A stretch of DNA of 64,000 nt from an uncultured Chloroflexia bacterium (GCA_963748625.1 CAVVJT010000007.1:192001-256000), one strand, 5' to 3'. Positions 31,151 through 39,978 are shown, numbered from the stretch's first letter. A program made the numbers and translations. Notes: a model not told the origin generated them from the sequence alone.

Positions 31151-32191
31151 ATGACCGACTACTTCAGCCGCCTCGTCTCGGAAACCCCATCCAGGGTCTG
31201 GGTCAACAACCCGACCGAAGAGGAGATGGGACTCGCGCTTGCCGCCGGAGCCGTCGGTGCGACGACGAACCCGGCGTATGGCGGAGGTCTCCTCCGGCGC
31301 TCGCCGGGCGAGGTCATCCCCGTCGTGGACGCATGCCTGTCCGCCTCCGATGACGACCGGGTGGTCGCCGATCTCGTCCAGCAGCGCCTCGTCGCCCGGA
31401 TCACCGCCCGCTTCCGGCCGCTCTTCGAGTCATCGGGCGGCACGGCCGGCTTCGTCTCGATCCAGGGGTCGCCGGAGACCGACGTGGACGGGGAGATCAT
31501 CTGGGAGGAGGCCGAGGCCGGCCACGCGATCGCTCCGAACGCGACGCCCAAGATCCCCGCCACCCTGCCCGGGTTCGTCGCCATGGAGCGGGTTGTCGAG
31601 CACGGCTGGCCGATCATCGTCACCGAGGTGTTCTCGCTCGACCAGGTTGAGGCCGCGTGCGAGCTCTATCTCCGCGTGACGGCCCGGACGGGCGTGCGCA
31701 GCCCGTTCTTCATGAGCCCCATCACCGGCATCCTGGGCGACCACCTCAAGAAGCTGGCGAAGGCCCAAGGCCTTGACGTGCCGGTCCGGGCCATGGATCT
31801 CGCCGGCATCGGCCTGTCGCGGCGCTGCGCCGCCCTGGTCGCCGAGCGCAACTACCCGGTGACGCTCCTGTTCGGTGGTGCCCGCATTCCGGAGGATCTC
31901 ACCGGGCTCATCGGCGCCGCGCACCATGCCACCATCAACTGGTCGACGTTCGCCGAGATCCGGGCGGCGAATCCGCCGATCGAGCGCACGATCACCGAGC
32001 CGTTCGACCCAGAGCTCGAGCGGCTGCTGCTCGACACCTTCCCCGATGTCTGGAAGGCCTGGGAGCTCGGCAGGCTCGCGCCCGAGGAGTTCGAGGCGTT
32101 CGGGCCGGTCCAGCACTTCCGGGACAACTTCCTCGCCGGCTGGAACGGCGTGCTCGCGATGATTGCCGAGCGCCGGGTGGCGGCCGGCTAG
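31151..32191 (+). CDS. Transaldolase family protein with a non-canonical active site
   Basis: TTNP and Schiff-base KIPAT present; WVNN, VSIQG and IVTEVFS replace the usual motifs. Confidence 0.82.
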   Translation: MTDYFSRLVSETPSRVWVNNPTEEEMGLALAAGAVGATTNPAYGGGLLRRSPGEVIPVVDACLSASDDDRVVADLVQQRLVARITARFRPLFESSGGTAGFVSIQGSPETDVDGEIIWEEAEAGHAIAPNATPKIPATLPGFVAMERVVEHGWPIIVTEVFSLDQVEAACELYLRVTARTGVRSPFFMSPITGILGDHLKKLAKAQGLDVPVRAMDLAGIGLSRRCAALVAERNYPVTLLFGGARIPEDLTGLIGAAHHATINWSTFAEIRAANPPIERTITEPFDPELERLLLDTFPDVWKAWELGRLAPEEFEAFGPVQHFRDNFLAGWNGVLAMIAERRVAAG

Positions 32192-32200
32192 ACAGGATCG

Positions 32201-32231
32201 CGTAACCCCCGGGTCATGCCCGGGGGTTACG
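32201..32231. terminator. Hairpin between convergent genes
   Basis: CGTAACCCCCGGG-TCATG-CCCGGGGGTTACG, a 13-bp perfect stem. Confidence 0.7.
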
Positions 32232-33081
32232 GAGCCGCGACGAGCCGCTGGCGCTGGCGCCCCAGGCCGGTGACCCCGAGCTCGACCACATCGCCCGGCC
32301 GCAGGAACGGCTTGTCCGGGTGGCCCATCGCCACGCCGGGGGGCGTGCCCGTGTCGATGATGTCGCCTGGCTCGAGCACGATGTACTGGCTCAGATGGCG
32401 GATGATCTGGGCGACCCCGAAGACCAGCGTCCCGGTGTTGCCGGTCTGACGCCGCACCCCGTTGACGTCGGTCCACAGGTCGAGGTTGGCGGGGTCGGAC
32501 ACCTCGTCCGGCGTCACGAGCCACGGACCGGCCGGGTTGAAGGTCTCGCACGACTTGCCCTTGGTCCACTGGGTGCCACGCTCGAGCTGGAACTCCCGCT
32601 CGGAGACGTCGTTGCAGACCATGTACCCGGCAACGGCCGCCTGCGCCTCCTCGTCCGTGTCGAGATAGCGGCAGGTCTGGCCGATCACGACGCCAAGCTC
32701 CACCTCCCAGTCGGTCTTCAGCGATCCGCGCGGAATCCGGACATCGTCATACGGTCCCGAGATCGCGTTGGACGACTTGATGAAGAAGATCGGCTCGGGC
32801 GGGAGGGCCAGGCCAGCCTCCGCCGCATGGTCGGCGTAGTTGAGGCCGATGCAGAAGATGTTGCCCGGGCGCGCGACGGGAGCTCCGAGTCGGATCCCCT
32901 CGAGGTCGACCACCGGACCGGCGCCCGCGGCGACGATCGGCCGCAGCGCATCGATCCCACCGCCGGCGAAGAAGGCCCGGTCGAAGTCCCTGACGTGATC
33001 GCCCACGTCGAGTGCGTGCTGGTCGTCGACGAGCACCCCGGGGCGTTCCGCACCTGCGGGCCCGAAGCGGACGAGCCTCAT
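32227..33081 (-). CDS. Fumarylacetoacetate hydrolase family protein
   Basis: CIGLNYADH, DWEVELG, NDVSER, KGKS and TGTPPGV. Confidence 0.92.
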   Translation of the reverse strand: MRLVRFGPAGAERPGVLVDDQHALDVGDHVRDFDRAFFAGGGIDALRPIVAAGAGPVVDLEGIRLGAPVARPGNIFCIGLNYADHAAEAGLALPPEPIFFIKSSNAISGPYDDVRIPRGSLKTDWEVELGVVIGQTCRYLDTDEEAQAAVAGYMVCNDVSEREFQLERGTQWTKGKSCETFNPAGPWLVTPDEVSDPANLDLWTDVNGVRRQTGNTGTLVFGVAQIIRHLSQYIVLEPGDIIDTGTPPGVAMGHPDKPFLRPGDVVELGVTGLGRQRQRLVAAP

Positions 33082-33123
33082 GAGTGGCCTCCTCGTGTCA
33101 CGGCTGACATGGTCGAGCCACGG

Positions 33124-33645
33124 TCACCCGTGGTCGGGGCGCGTCGCGGCGTCCCCCTGGATGGGCCCGGTCGCCGGCTTGGCGCCGCGCCGGTAGACAA
33201 GAACGCTGCGCTCGTACTCGATGACGGTCTCGTTGCGCTGGTTGTAGCCTCGGGTGCGCACCCGGACGAGACCCTGTGTCGGCCGGCTCTTCGACGGCCG
33301 GGTCTCGAGGACTTCCGATTCGGCGTAGATCGTGTCGCCTGCGAAGACCGGGTTGGGCAGCCGGACGGCATCCCAGCCCAGGTTGGCAACGGCGTTCTGG
33401 CTCACGTCGGCCACGGAGAGCCCGGTCACGATCGCCAGGGTCAGCGTGCTCACCACGAGCGGGCGTCCGAACTCGGTCCGTGCCGCATAGTCCGCGTTGT
33501 AGTGGACCGGGTGGGGGTTGTTGGTCAGCAGCGTGAACCAGGTGTTGTCCGTCTCCGTGATGGTCCTGCCGTACGGGTGACGGTAGAGATCCCCCACCAC
33601 GAAGTCCTCGAAGTAGCGGCCATCCCAGCCGGGCACCACGGGCAT
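33124..33645 (-). CDS. MaoC family (hot-dog) acyl-CoA hydratase/dehydratase
   Basis: GRYFEDF.VG, RTITETDN..F...T.N.HPVH and PVFAGDT. Confidence 0.9.
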   Translation of the reverse strand: MPVVPGWDGRYFEDFVVGDLYRHPYGRTITETDNTWFTLLTNNPHPVHYNADYAARTEFGRPLVVSTLTLAIVTGLSVADVSQNAVANLGWDAVRLPNPVFAGDTIYAESEVLETRPSKSRPTQGLVRVRTRGYNQRNETVIEYERSVLVYRRGAKPATGPIQGDAATRPDHG

Positions 33646-33661
33646 TGCGTGCCTCCTCTCC

Positions 33662-34930
33662 TCAGCCGGCGGCCGACCGCGCGTCATCGAGCTCGTCCGC
33701 GCTGATCACACCGAGCGCCGCCGCACGTGACGGGTCGAACCGGCCGGCCGCGACGGCCCTCCGCAGCAGCGCCCGGGCGTGGCGGTCCGTCGCGCGGTCC
33801 GCCATCGTGCCGCCGATCATGGTGGCGCCCTTCCCTTCCTCCTCGACGGCGGCCCGGTACACCCCGAGCGCCGCGACGGCCTCCTCCAGGGCAGGAGCGC
33901 CGGTCGGGCCATCGAACGCCAGCAGGGTGGCGAACAGCTGCGCCGGATGCCCGACCCACTTGCCGGTCATGCCCAGGTCGCGCGCGCGGAGGGCGTCACG
34001 GTGGCAGAGCGCCATGCGCTCGAGGAACCGCTCCCGGTTGGCCTCCGCATCCAGGGACGGGTCCGCGACGGGATAGGCAAGCGTCATGCCATCCAGCGAT
34101 GGGACGCCCACCGCGCCCGCGACGTTGACGATCTCCGCACGCACCCAGTCGGCGATCGGGTGATCGATGGCAATCTCGGGCAGCCCGAGGTCCGCCGAGT
34201 AGTCCGCCAGCCCATAGACCAGTGAGGCGAGCCGCGGGGCGGCTCGGCGGGCGATCTCCGGGAGCTGCGCCGCACACCAGCCCGACTCCACGAGGAACCC
34301 GACCCGGATCCGACGTACCGGCAGCGACAGCGCATCCTCGACCTCGTCGAGGATGGCGTAGAGGACGTCGACCTCCTCCGGGTGGTCCACCTTGGGGAAG
34401 ATGATCCCGTCGACGGGATAGGTCGCCGGGTCGCCGGTCGAGGCGGCGAGAAGGACGGCGACCAGGTCGGCGCCCGCGCCGGCGAGACCGAAGCCTGGTG
34501 GTCGGTAGAAGCGGAGCGTGGTTCCCCACGCGGCGGTCCTGAGCGTGAGGCCGGCCACCCGCCGGGCTTCAGCCCGCGTGTCCTCGCGCTGGGCGGTCGC
34601 GTCCTCCCCGTCGAGCATCACCAGGGGTGCCCGGCGCGGCGCCGCGAGCAGCGCGGCGACCCGGTCCGTCGGCACGTCCAGGCGGTCAGCCAGCTCCGCG
34701 GGCTCGATCCGCCAGCGCTCCATGAGCCGCGCGGTGGCAGCCGTTCCACCCTCGACGGCCTTCCGGGCCATGGACTCGTTGTCGGCCGGTGTCGTGAAGT
34801 GCGCCTGCTGGCGCCAGTAGCGCAGCGGCAGGTCCGTGACCCGGTCCGCGACGGATGCCCTGAGAGCGGCGATCCGCGCCTCGGCGGATGTCGCGAGCGC
34901 CGTCTCCATGTCCCGGTCCGCAGGGCTCAC
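33662..34930 (-). CDS. CitE/malyl-CoA lyase-like (HpcH/HpaI aldolase-citrate lyase family) protein
   Basis: LDGEDA, FPKV, LVES, GLADYSADLG, GMTGKWVGHPAQ and MADRA. Confidence 0.82.
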   Translation of the reverse strand: MSPADRDMETALATSAEARIAALRASVADRVTDLPLRYWRQQAHFTTPADNESMARKAVEGGTAATARLMERWRIEPAELADRLDVPTDRVAALLAAPRRAPLVMLDGEDATAQREDTRAEARRVAGLTLRTAAWGTTLRFYRPPGFGLAGAGADLVAVLLAASTGDPATYPVDGIIFPKVDHPEEVDVLYAILDEVEDALSLPVRRIRVGFLVESGWCAAQLPEIARRAAPRLASLVYGLADYSADLGLPEIAIDHPIADWVRAEIVNVAGAVGVPSLDGMTLAYPVADPSLDAEANRERFLERMALCHRDALRARDLGMTGKWVGHPAQLFATLLAFDGPTGAPALEEAVAALGVYRAAVEEEGKGATMIGGTMADRATDRHARALLRRAVAAGRFDPSRAAALGVISADELDDARSAAG

Positions 34931-36399
34931 TCTGCAGCGTCCTCGAACAGGCCGCGCACGAGCTCGATCGCGGTGTCCCGGATGATCCCGGCGACCGCCG
35001 GATCGAACGGCGCCGGATGGCCGTACCCGCGATGGGAGACTGCGGGCTCATACCCCCCGAACGGGTATTCCTCGGGCGTCGCCACGTACCCGAGAACGCC
35101 CTGGCAGTAGCCGGCAAAGATGGTGGTCGCGGCGGGCGACGCGGCCCGGACGGCAGCCCCGATCTCGCTGAAGATCTCGCCGGGTGCGCCGACAATGGCG
35201 CAGTCACCCACGCGCGCCGCCCAGATCTCGCCGTCGAGCGCCTCGTCCAGCGTACCCGCCCGTGCCCCGGCGAGCGTCTGCTGGAGCCAGGCGATGTGAT
35301 ACGCGATCGGGTTGGTGACCTCCCGACCGGCGCCTTCCGCCCTCCTGCCGGCCAGGCCTGCCTGCCGTTCTGCCAGCTCGGCCGCGAGCGCCTCGGCCGA
35401 GGGAGTCGCCAGGAGCGGAAGCCGGACGATGCGCCTTACGCTGGCCAGCGGCTGGGACATCTGGTCCTCGGCCACCCGGCGCCGGTACAGGCTGATGGGC
35501 GTGACCGACCCGTAGGCGATGTGGTCGATCGTGGAACGCCAGGGCTCGACGTCGGCGACGGCATGGGCGGCTTCAAGGGCCAGCCGATGGCCCATCGGCT
35601 CGTCGTCCGCCGCGTCCTCGCCGAACGCCTCGAGCGGCAGCACGTTCCCCGCCGCACCCTGTAGGAACAGGGTCGTTCCTCCGCCCAGGGGCCCATCCAG
35701 CCGCTCCCGCAGGGGACCGACGAAGTCGGATCCCACCAGGGGAACCTCTGGTCCGACGGTGACCGGGTGGCACCCGAAGCCAACCAGCGTGGCGATCGGC
35801 CGAGACCGTCGGCGCTCAGGCCTCGCGTCGATGCGCACGGTGGGCACCTCGTCGTCGAGGAATCCGTCCGGGTTCCAGCCCAGGATCGTGCGCCCATCCG
35901 GCGTCCGCTCGCGGCGGTTGACGGCGATGCCGGGGGCCCGTCCGGTGGCACCCGCGACGCGCGCCTCGACCAGTCGGTCGGCCGCCTGGACGGCTGCGGA
36001 GGCATACAGGGCGGGTACCTGGTCCCACCACCCACGCTCGACGTCGGTCCACCCGTCGAACTCCCCGCCCATCTTGATCGTGGCACCGGGCCAGGGCGCG
36101 GCGTGGGAGTGACTCGAGTTGAGGAGCACCTGCTCGGGCGTGCAGCCCACGGCCCGGGCCACCACGCCCCGGATCCGGTCCGCCATGGGCGTCGTGAGGC
36201 CCGTCACGTCGCCCGTGATGATGACCAGCGTCGTCGGGCCGGACTGCAGGACCACGGCCCGCGCCTGCAGTGGGGAGTGGACCCGGCGAGGCGCCGTCGC
36301 CCGCCGGACATAGCCGAGCACGTCGACCGGCAGGGGCGGGGTGATGTCGACGACCGCCGCGCCCGCGAGCATCGTGCCCCCGGGGGTGCCAGGGCTCAT
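34927..36399 (-). CDS. Neutral/alkaline ceramidase-like metallo-amidase
   Basis: VDITPP, SHSHAAP, CHP, QGAAGN, GEIF and GYV....YPFGGYE. Confidence 0.78.
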   Translation of the reverse strand: MSPGTPGGTMLAGAAVVDITPPLPVDVLGYVRRATAPRRVHSPLQARAVVLQSGPTTLVIITGDVTGLTTPMADRIRGVVARAVGCTPEQVLLNSSHSHAAPWPGATIKMGGEFDGWTDVERGWWDQVPALYASAAVQAADRLVEARVAGATGRAPGIAVNRRERTPDGRTILGWNPDGFLDDEVPTVRIDARPERRRSRPIATLVGFGCHPVTVGPEVPLVGSDFVGPLRERLDGPLGGGTTLFLQGAAGNVLPLEAFGEDAADDEPMGHRLALEAAHAVADVEPWRSTIDHIAYGSVTPISLYRRRVAEDQMSQPLASVRRIVRLPLLATPSAEALAAELAERQAGLAGRRAEGAGREVTNPIAYHIAWLQQTLAGARAGTLDEALDGEIWAARVGDCAIVGAPGEIFSEIGAAVRAASPAATTIFAGYCQGVLGYVATPEEYPFGGYEPAVSHRGYGHPAPFDPAVAGIIRDTAIELVRGLFEDAAE

Positions 36400-37127
36400 G
36401 CCAGCGGCGACCCTTCCGGCGGACCTGCCTCGAACAGTGAGGCCGGCTGCTCCAGGGAGGCCTTGAGGTCCGCGAGAAACCGGGCCGCTGCTGCGCCATC
36501 CACCGCCCGGTGATCCGCCGACAGCGTCGCGGTCATCACCCGTCGCACCGTGACGACGCCGTCGCGGACAACGGCTCGCTCGGCGGCGCGTGCCGTGGCC
36601 AGGATCGCCACCTGGGGCGGAACGACGATCGCGGTGAAGCTGTCGATCGGGAACATGCCGAGGTTGGACAGGGTGAACGTCGCGTCGGTCAGCTCGACCG
36701 CGCGCAGGCGCTTCGCGCGCGAGCGCGTCACAAGATCCCGCAGCGCGACAGCAGCCGCGTCGAGGTCGAGTCCGCCGCAGTCGAGCAGGGCGGGCGCGAT
36801 CAGGCCGTCAGGCAGGTCCACCGCGATCCCCACGTTGACCGCGTCGACGAGCTCGAGCACCTCGCCGTTCCAGACCGCATTGAAGGCCGGGTGGGCGCGG
36901 AGCGCGGCGGCGAGTGCGACCACGAGCGCTGCTGTGACGCTCACCCGGTCCTCGCGCTCGCGACCCTCGTTGTGCGCCGCGAGGGACGCGAGGAGCGCAT
37001 CCATCTCGATGTCGGCGGACTCGTAGAAGTGGGGCGCCTGCTGCTTGGACGCGGTCATGCGCTGCGCGATCGCCTTGCGCATGGAGGTGAAGACCACCGG
37101 GTGGCGGCCCGGTCCGGGTTCGCTCAT
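36396..37127 (-). CDS. 2-oxoacid dehydrogenase E2 acyltransferase, catalytic domain only
   Basis: MRKAIAQRM..SK..APHF, TFTLSNLG and catalytic DHRAVDG; no lipoyl or E3-binding domain. Confidence 0.88.
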   Translation of the reverse strand: MSEPGPGRHPVVFTSMRKAIAQRMTASKQQAPHFYESADIEMDALLASLAAHNEGREREDRVSVTAALVVALAAALRAHPAFNAVWNGEVLELVDAVNVGIAVDLPDGLIAPALLDCGGLDLDAAAVALRDLVTRSRAKRLRAVELTDATFTLSNLGMFPIDSFTAIVVPPQVAILATARAAERAVVRDGVVTVRRVMTATLSADHRAVDGAAAARFLADLKASLEQPASLFEAGPPEGSPLA

Positions 37128-37133
37128 CGTGCG

Positions 37134-37379
37134 CTACGCCCCGTCATCGAGGTACCCGATGATCTCGCCGACCGGCACGTCGGAGCCCGCATCGTGGACG
37201 ATCTCCACGAGGGTCCCGGCGTCGATGGCTTCCATGTCCACGGTCGCCTTGTCGGTCTCGACCTCGGCCAGGACATCGCCGCGGCGGACCGCGTCGCCAA
37301 CCTGCTTGGACCAGGAGGCGATGCGGCCGGACTCCATGTCGTAGCCGAGGTTCGCCATTGCAATCGGGATCCGTGCCAT
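37134..37379 (-). CDS. Stand-alone lipoyl-carrier domain protein
   Basis: MANLGYDMESG and EVETDKAT; start after GGGAGG. Confidence 0.88.
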   Translation of the reverse strand: MARIPIAMANLGYDMESGRIASWSKQVGDAVRRGDVLAEVETDKATVDMEAIDAGTLVEIVHDAGSDVPVGEIIGYLDDGA

Positions 37380-37442
37380 CGGGCCTCCCACTCGGTGTGC
37401 CGCTGAACCCGGTTCCCGGAGCCGCCGTGGGACCGGGCGGGC

Positions 37443-37456
37443 TGCAAAGGTTTCCA
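37443..37456. promoter_or_regulatory. LacI-type operator, copy 1
   Basis: TGCAAAGGTTTCCA, just downstream of a minus-strand -10 (TATCAT, 37460-37465). Confidence 0.6.
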
Positions 37457-37506
37457 GCCATGATAGCGGACAGGGCGCCGCTGGGCGACGCTCGTCGCGC
37501 ACCGAA

Positions 37507-37534
37507 TTGCCGGATTGCCCGATTGCCCTACAAC
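37507..37534 (+). promoter_or_regulatory. Degenerate GntR-type promoter/operator, copy 4
   Basis: TTGCCG-GATTGCCCGATTGCCC-TACAAC, same 16-nt spacing. Confidence 0.55.
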
Positions 37535-37610
37535 ATGCTAGGTTCTGCCCAGCGAGGGCGCGGCCAGGCGAGAGCACCCCACCGTCCTGCGGCGACGCCA
37601 GGGAGGACAG

Positions 37611-38633
37611 ATGCCGACATCCGCGGAGCGGGTGGCCACCGCGCTCCGGGGCGAGCAGCCCGATCGTGTGCCCTACTGCGAGGTGTACCTCAGCCGCGCG
37701 TTCGCCGCGCCGCTGATGGGCTGGTCGCCGACCGCCGCCCACACCAACTTCGAGGAGAACGAGTTCTCGCTCGATGAGGCGAAGGCCGTCGCGGAACGGC
37801 TCGGCATGGACAACATCACGTATGTCCTGCGGGCTCCCGTCTACGCGGACAAGGAGTACGGGCAGGAAGGCACGCTGTTCTACGGCAGGGGCCAGATCGC
37901 CACGCAGGCGGACCTGGCGATGGTCCGCCTGCCGGACCCCACCGACCCTGCCCTGTACACCGAGGCTGCGGCGTTCGCAGCCGGCAAAGGCCCCTTCTCC
38001 GCCTGGTTCATCACGCGGATGGGGATCTCGCCCGCCATGCTGAGCATGGGGATCGAGTCGTTCTGCCTCGCCCTGTACGACGATCTGCCGCTGATCGAGC
38101 GGCTCCTGGACCTGTACGTGGACTGGGCGGAGGCGGTCGCCGAGCGCATCTGCGGGCTTGGCTTCGACGTGTTCGTCACCACCGACGACATCGCCCACGG
38201 GACCGGCCCGTTCTTCTCGCCGCGCGTCTTCCGCGAGCTTGTCCGCCCGCGCCTGGAGCGCCTCGCCCGCAAGATCACGATCCCCTGGCTGTTCCACAGC
38301 GACGGCGACGTGACCTCGTTCCTCGACGACCTGGTCGAGGTCGGCATCACGGCGATCCAGCCGGTCGAGCCACGGGCGATGGACATCCGCGCCGTGAAGC
38401 GAAGGTACGGAGACCGGCTGTGCCTGTGCGGCAACGTGGACATGGACCTCCTCGCCCGGGGAACCACAGGTGACGTCGACCGGACGGTGCGCGAGCTGAT
38501 CCGGGACATCGCTCCCGGTGGCGGGTACATCGTGACGAGCGGCAACAGCCTGGCCCACTACTGCCGCCCCGAGAACGCACAGGCCATGGCGGCGGCCGTC
38601 AGGCGCTATGGGACCTACCCGATCGCCGGCTGA
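37611..38633 (+). CDS. Uroporphyrinogen decarboxylase-fold protein (putative corrinoid methyltransferase)
   Basis: TSAERV..ALRGEQPDRVP, DDIA, FHSDG, YGDRLCLCGNVD and PGGGYIVTSGNS. Confidence 0.87.
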   Translation: MPTSAERVATALRGEQPDRVPYCEVYLSRAFAAPLMGWSPTAAHTNFEENEFSLDEAKAVAERLGMDNITYVLRAPVYADKEYGQEGTLFYGRGQIATQADLAMVRLPDPTDPALYTEAAAFAAGKGPFSAWFITRMGISPAMLSMGIESFCLALYDDLPLIERLLDLYVDWAEAVAERICGLGFDVFVTTDDIAHGTGPFFSPRVFRELVRPRLERLARKITIPWLFHSDGDVTSFLDDLVEVGITAIQPVEPRAMDIRAVKRRYGDRLCLCGNVDMDLLARGTTGDVDRTVRELIRDIAPGGGYIVTSGNSLAHYCRPENAQAMAAAVRRYGTYPIAG

Positions 38634-38678
38634 CCGAGGGTCCGTGGATCGAGCGACACGCGCCACCCAGCATGCGAG

Positions 38679-39155
38679 GTGAACGACATGGCATCCATCA
38701 CCGGATTCTTCCACGGCGGCGTCACGGTCCACGACATGGACATCGCGCTCCGGTTCTACGTCGAGGGCCTCGGCCTCGAGGTCCACCTGGACCGCGTCAT
38801 CGAGGGTCCGTACCTCAAGGGGCCGGGCGGAGTGCTGGGCCTCGACTTCGACACGATCCGGATCGCATATCTGCGAATCCCCGACTCGGATGGGTTCCTG
38901 GAGCTGCTGGAATACCGCGGAATCGAACGGCTGTCCGCCGCAGCACGCCCATGCGACTACGGCAGCGGCCACGTCTGCTTCTATGTCGACGATGTCGATG
39001 GGATCCACGATCGACTCGTGGCGATGGGCTACCACGCCCGATCGGCCACGCCGCGCTCGATCACCTCCGGACCCAACGAGGGCGCACGATCGGTCTACAT
39101 GCAGGATCCGGACGGATACCCGGTCGAGCTGTTCCAGAAGAAGCCGGCTCCCTGA
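38679..39155 (+). CDS. VOC (glyoxalase-like) family protein
   Basis: HGGVTV.D, ELLEY, HVCFYVDD and DPDGYPVEL. Confidence 0.88.
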   Translation: MNDMASITGFFHGGVTVHDMDIALRFYVEGLGLEVHLDRVIEGPYLKGPGGVLGLDFDTIRIAYLRIPDSDGFLELLEYRGIERLSAAARPCDYGSGHVCFYVDDVDGIHDRLVAMGYHARSATPRSITSGPNEGARSVYMQDPDGYPVELFQKKPAP

Positions 39156-39181
39156 CGGCCGGGCGGCAGAGGAGGCACGTG

Positions 39182-39928
39182 ATGGGCGAGGCGAGCGGCC
39201 GGCTGGCCGTGGTGACGGGAGCAGGCAGCGGCATCGGGGCGGCGGTTGCGCGGCGACTCCTGGCCGAAGGTGCACGGGTCGTCGCGGTCGACATCAAGGA
39301 GGCCGGACTCGTTGCGCTCGCGCAGGCGGGCGCGACCCCATTGGTCGCCGACCTGGCGGACCCCGACGACCGGGCCCGGGTCATCTCCGCAGGCCAGGGC
39401 GCCCACTACCTCGTGAACTCGGCCGGGCTCCTGTTCGTGCGCTCGATCTGGGAGGTGGACACCCAGGAGTGGGCGCGGATCTGGGCGGTCAACATCGACT
39501 CCATGTTCTTCCTCTGCCAGGGGATCGGGCCGACCATGCCGGAGGGCGGTGCGATCGTGAACCTGTCCTCAAGCTCCGCCAAGCTCGCGAGCACCACCGA
39601 GGTGGCGCCCTACACGATGACCAAGGCGGCCGCCCTCGGGGTGACGCGATCGTTCGCCTACGCCCTGGCGCCGCGACGCGTCCGGGTCAACGCGATCTGC
39701 CCGGGGATCGTGGACACGCCGATGCAGGACGTCGTGCTCGAGCAGGTCGCCGCCCTCCGCGAGATCAGCGTCGGGCAGCTGTCGGAGGCGCGGATGCGCA
39801 CCGTCCCGCTTGGCCGGGCGTCATCGGCCGACGAGTGCGCAGGCGTCATCTGGTTCCTCCTGTCCGATGCGGCGGCCTACATGACCGGCCAGGCCGTGAA
39901 CTTCACCGGGGGCCTCGTGATGTGGTGA
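39182..39928 (+). CDS. SDR family oxidoreductase
   Basis: TGAGSGIG, NSAG, YTMTK and VNAICPG. Confidence 0.92.
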   Translation: MGEASGRLAVVTGAGSGIGAAVARRLLAEGARVVAVDIKEAGLVALAQAGATPLVADLADPDDRARVISAGQGAHYLVNSAGLLFVRSIWEVDTQEWARIWAVNIDSMFFLCQGIGPTMPEGGAIVNLSSSSAKLASTTEVAPYTMTKAAALGVTRSFAYALAPRRVRVNAICPGIVDTPMQDVVLEQVAALREISVGQLSEARMRTVPLGRASSADECAGVIWFLLSDAAAYMTGQAVNFTGGLVMW

Positions 39929-39978
39929 ATCGCCTTGACACCGGAGCCCGGCCCATGAGAGTGTTTCGCCCGCGTGAC

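Noticed and set aside
37134-37136. Pyrrolysine decoding of the in-frame TAG
   Set aside because: No pyl genes or tRNA-Pyl are in the window, TAG ends many other genes here, and the site is not in a methylamine methyltransferase.
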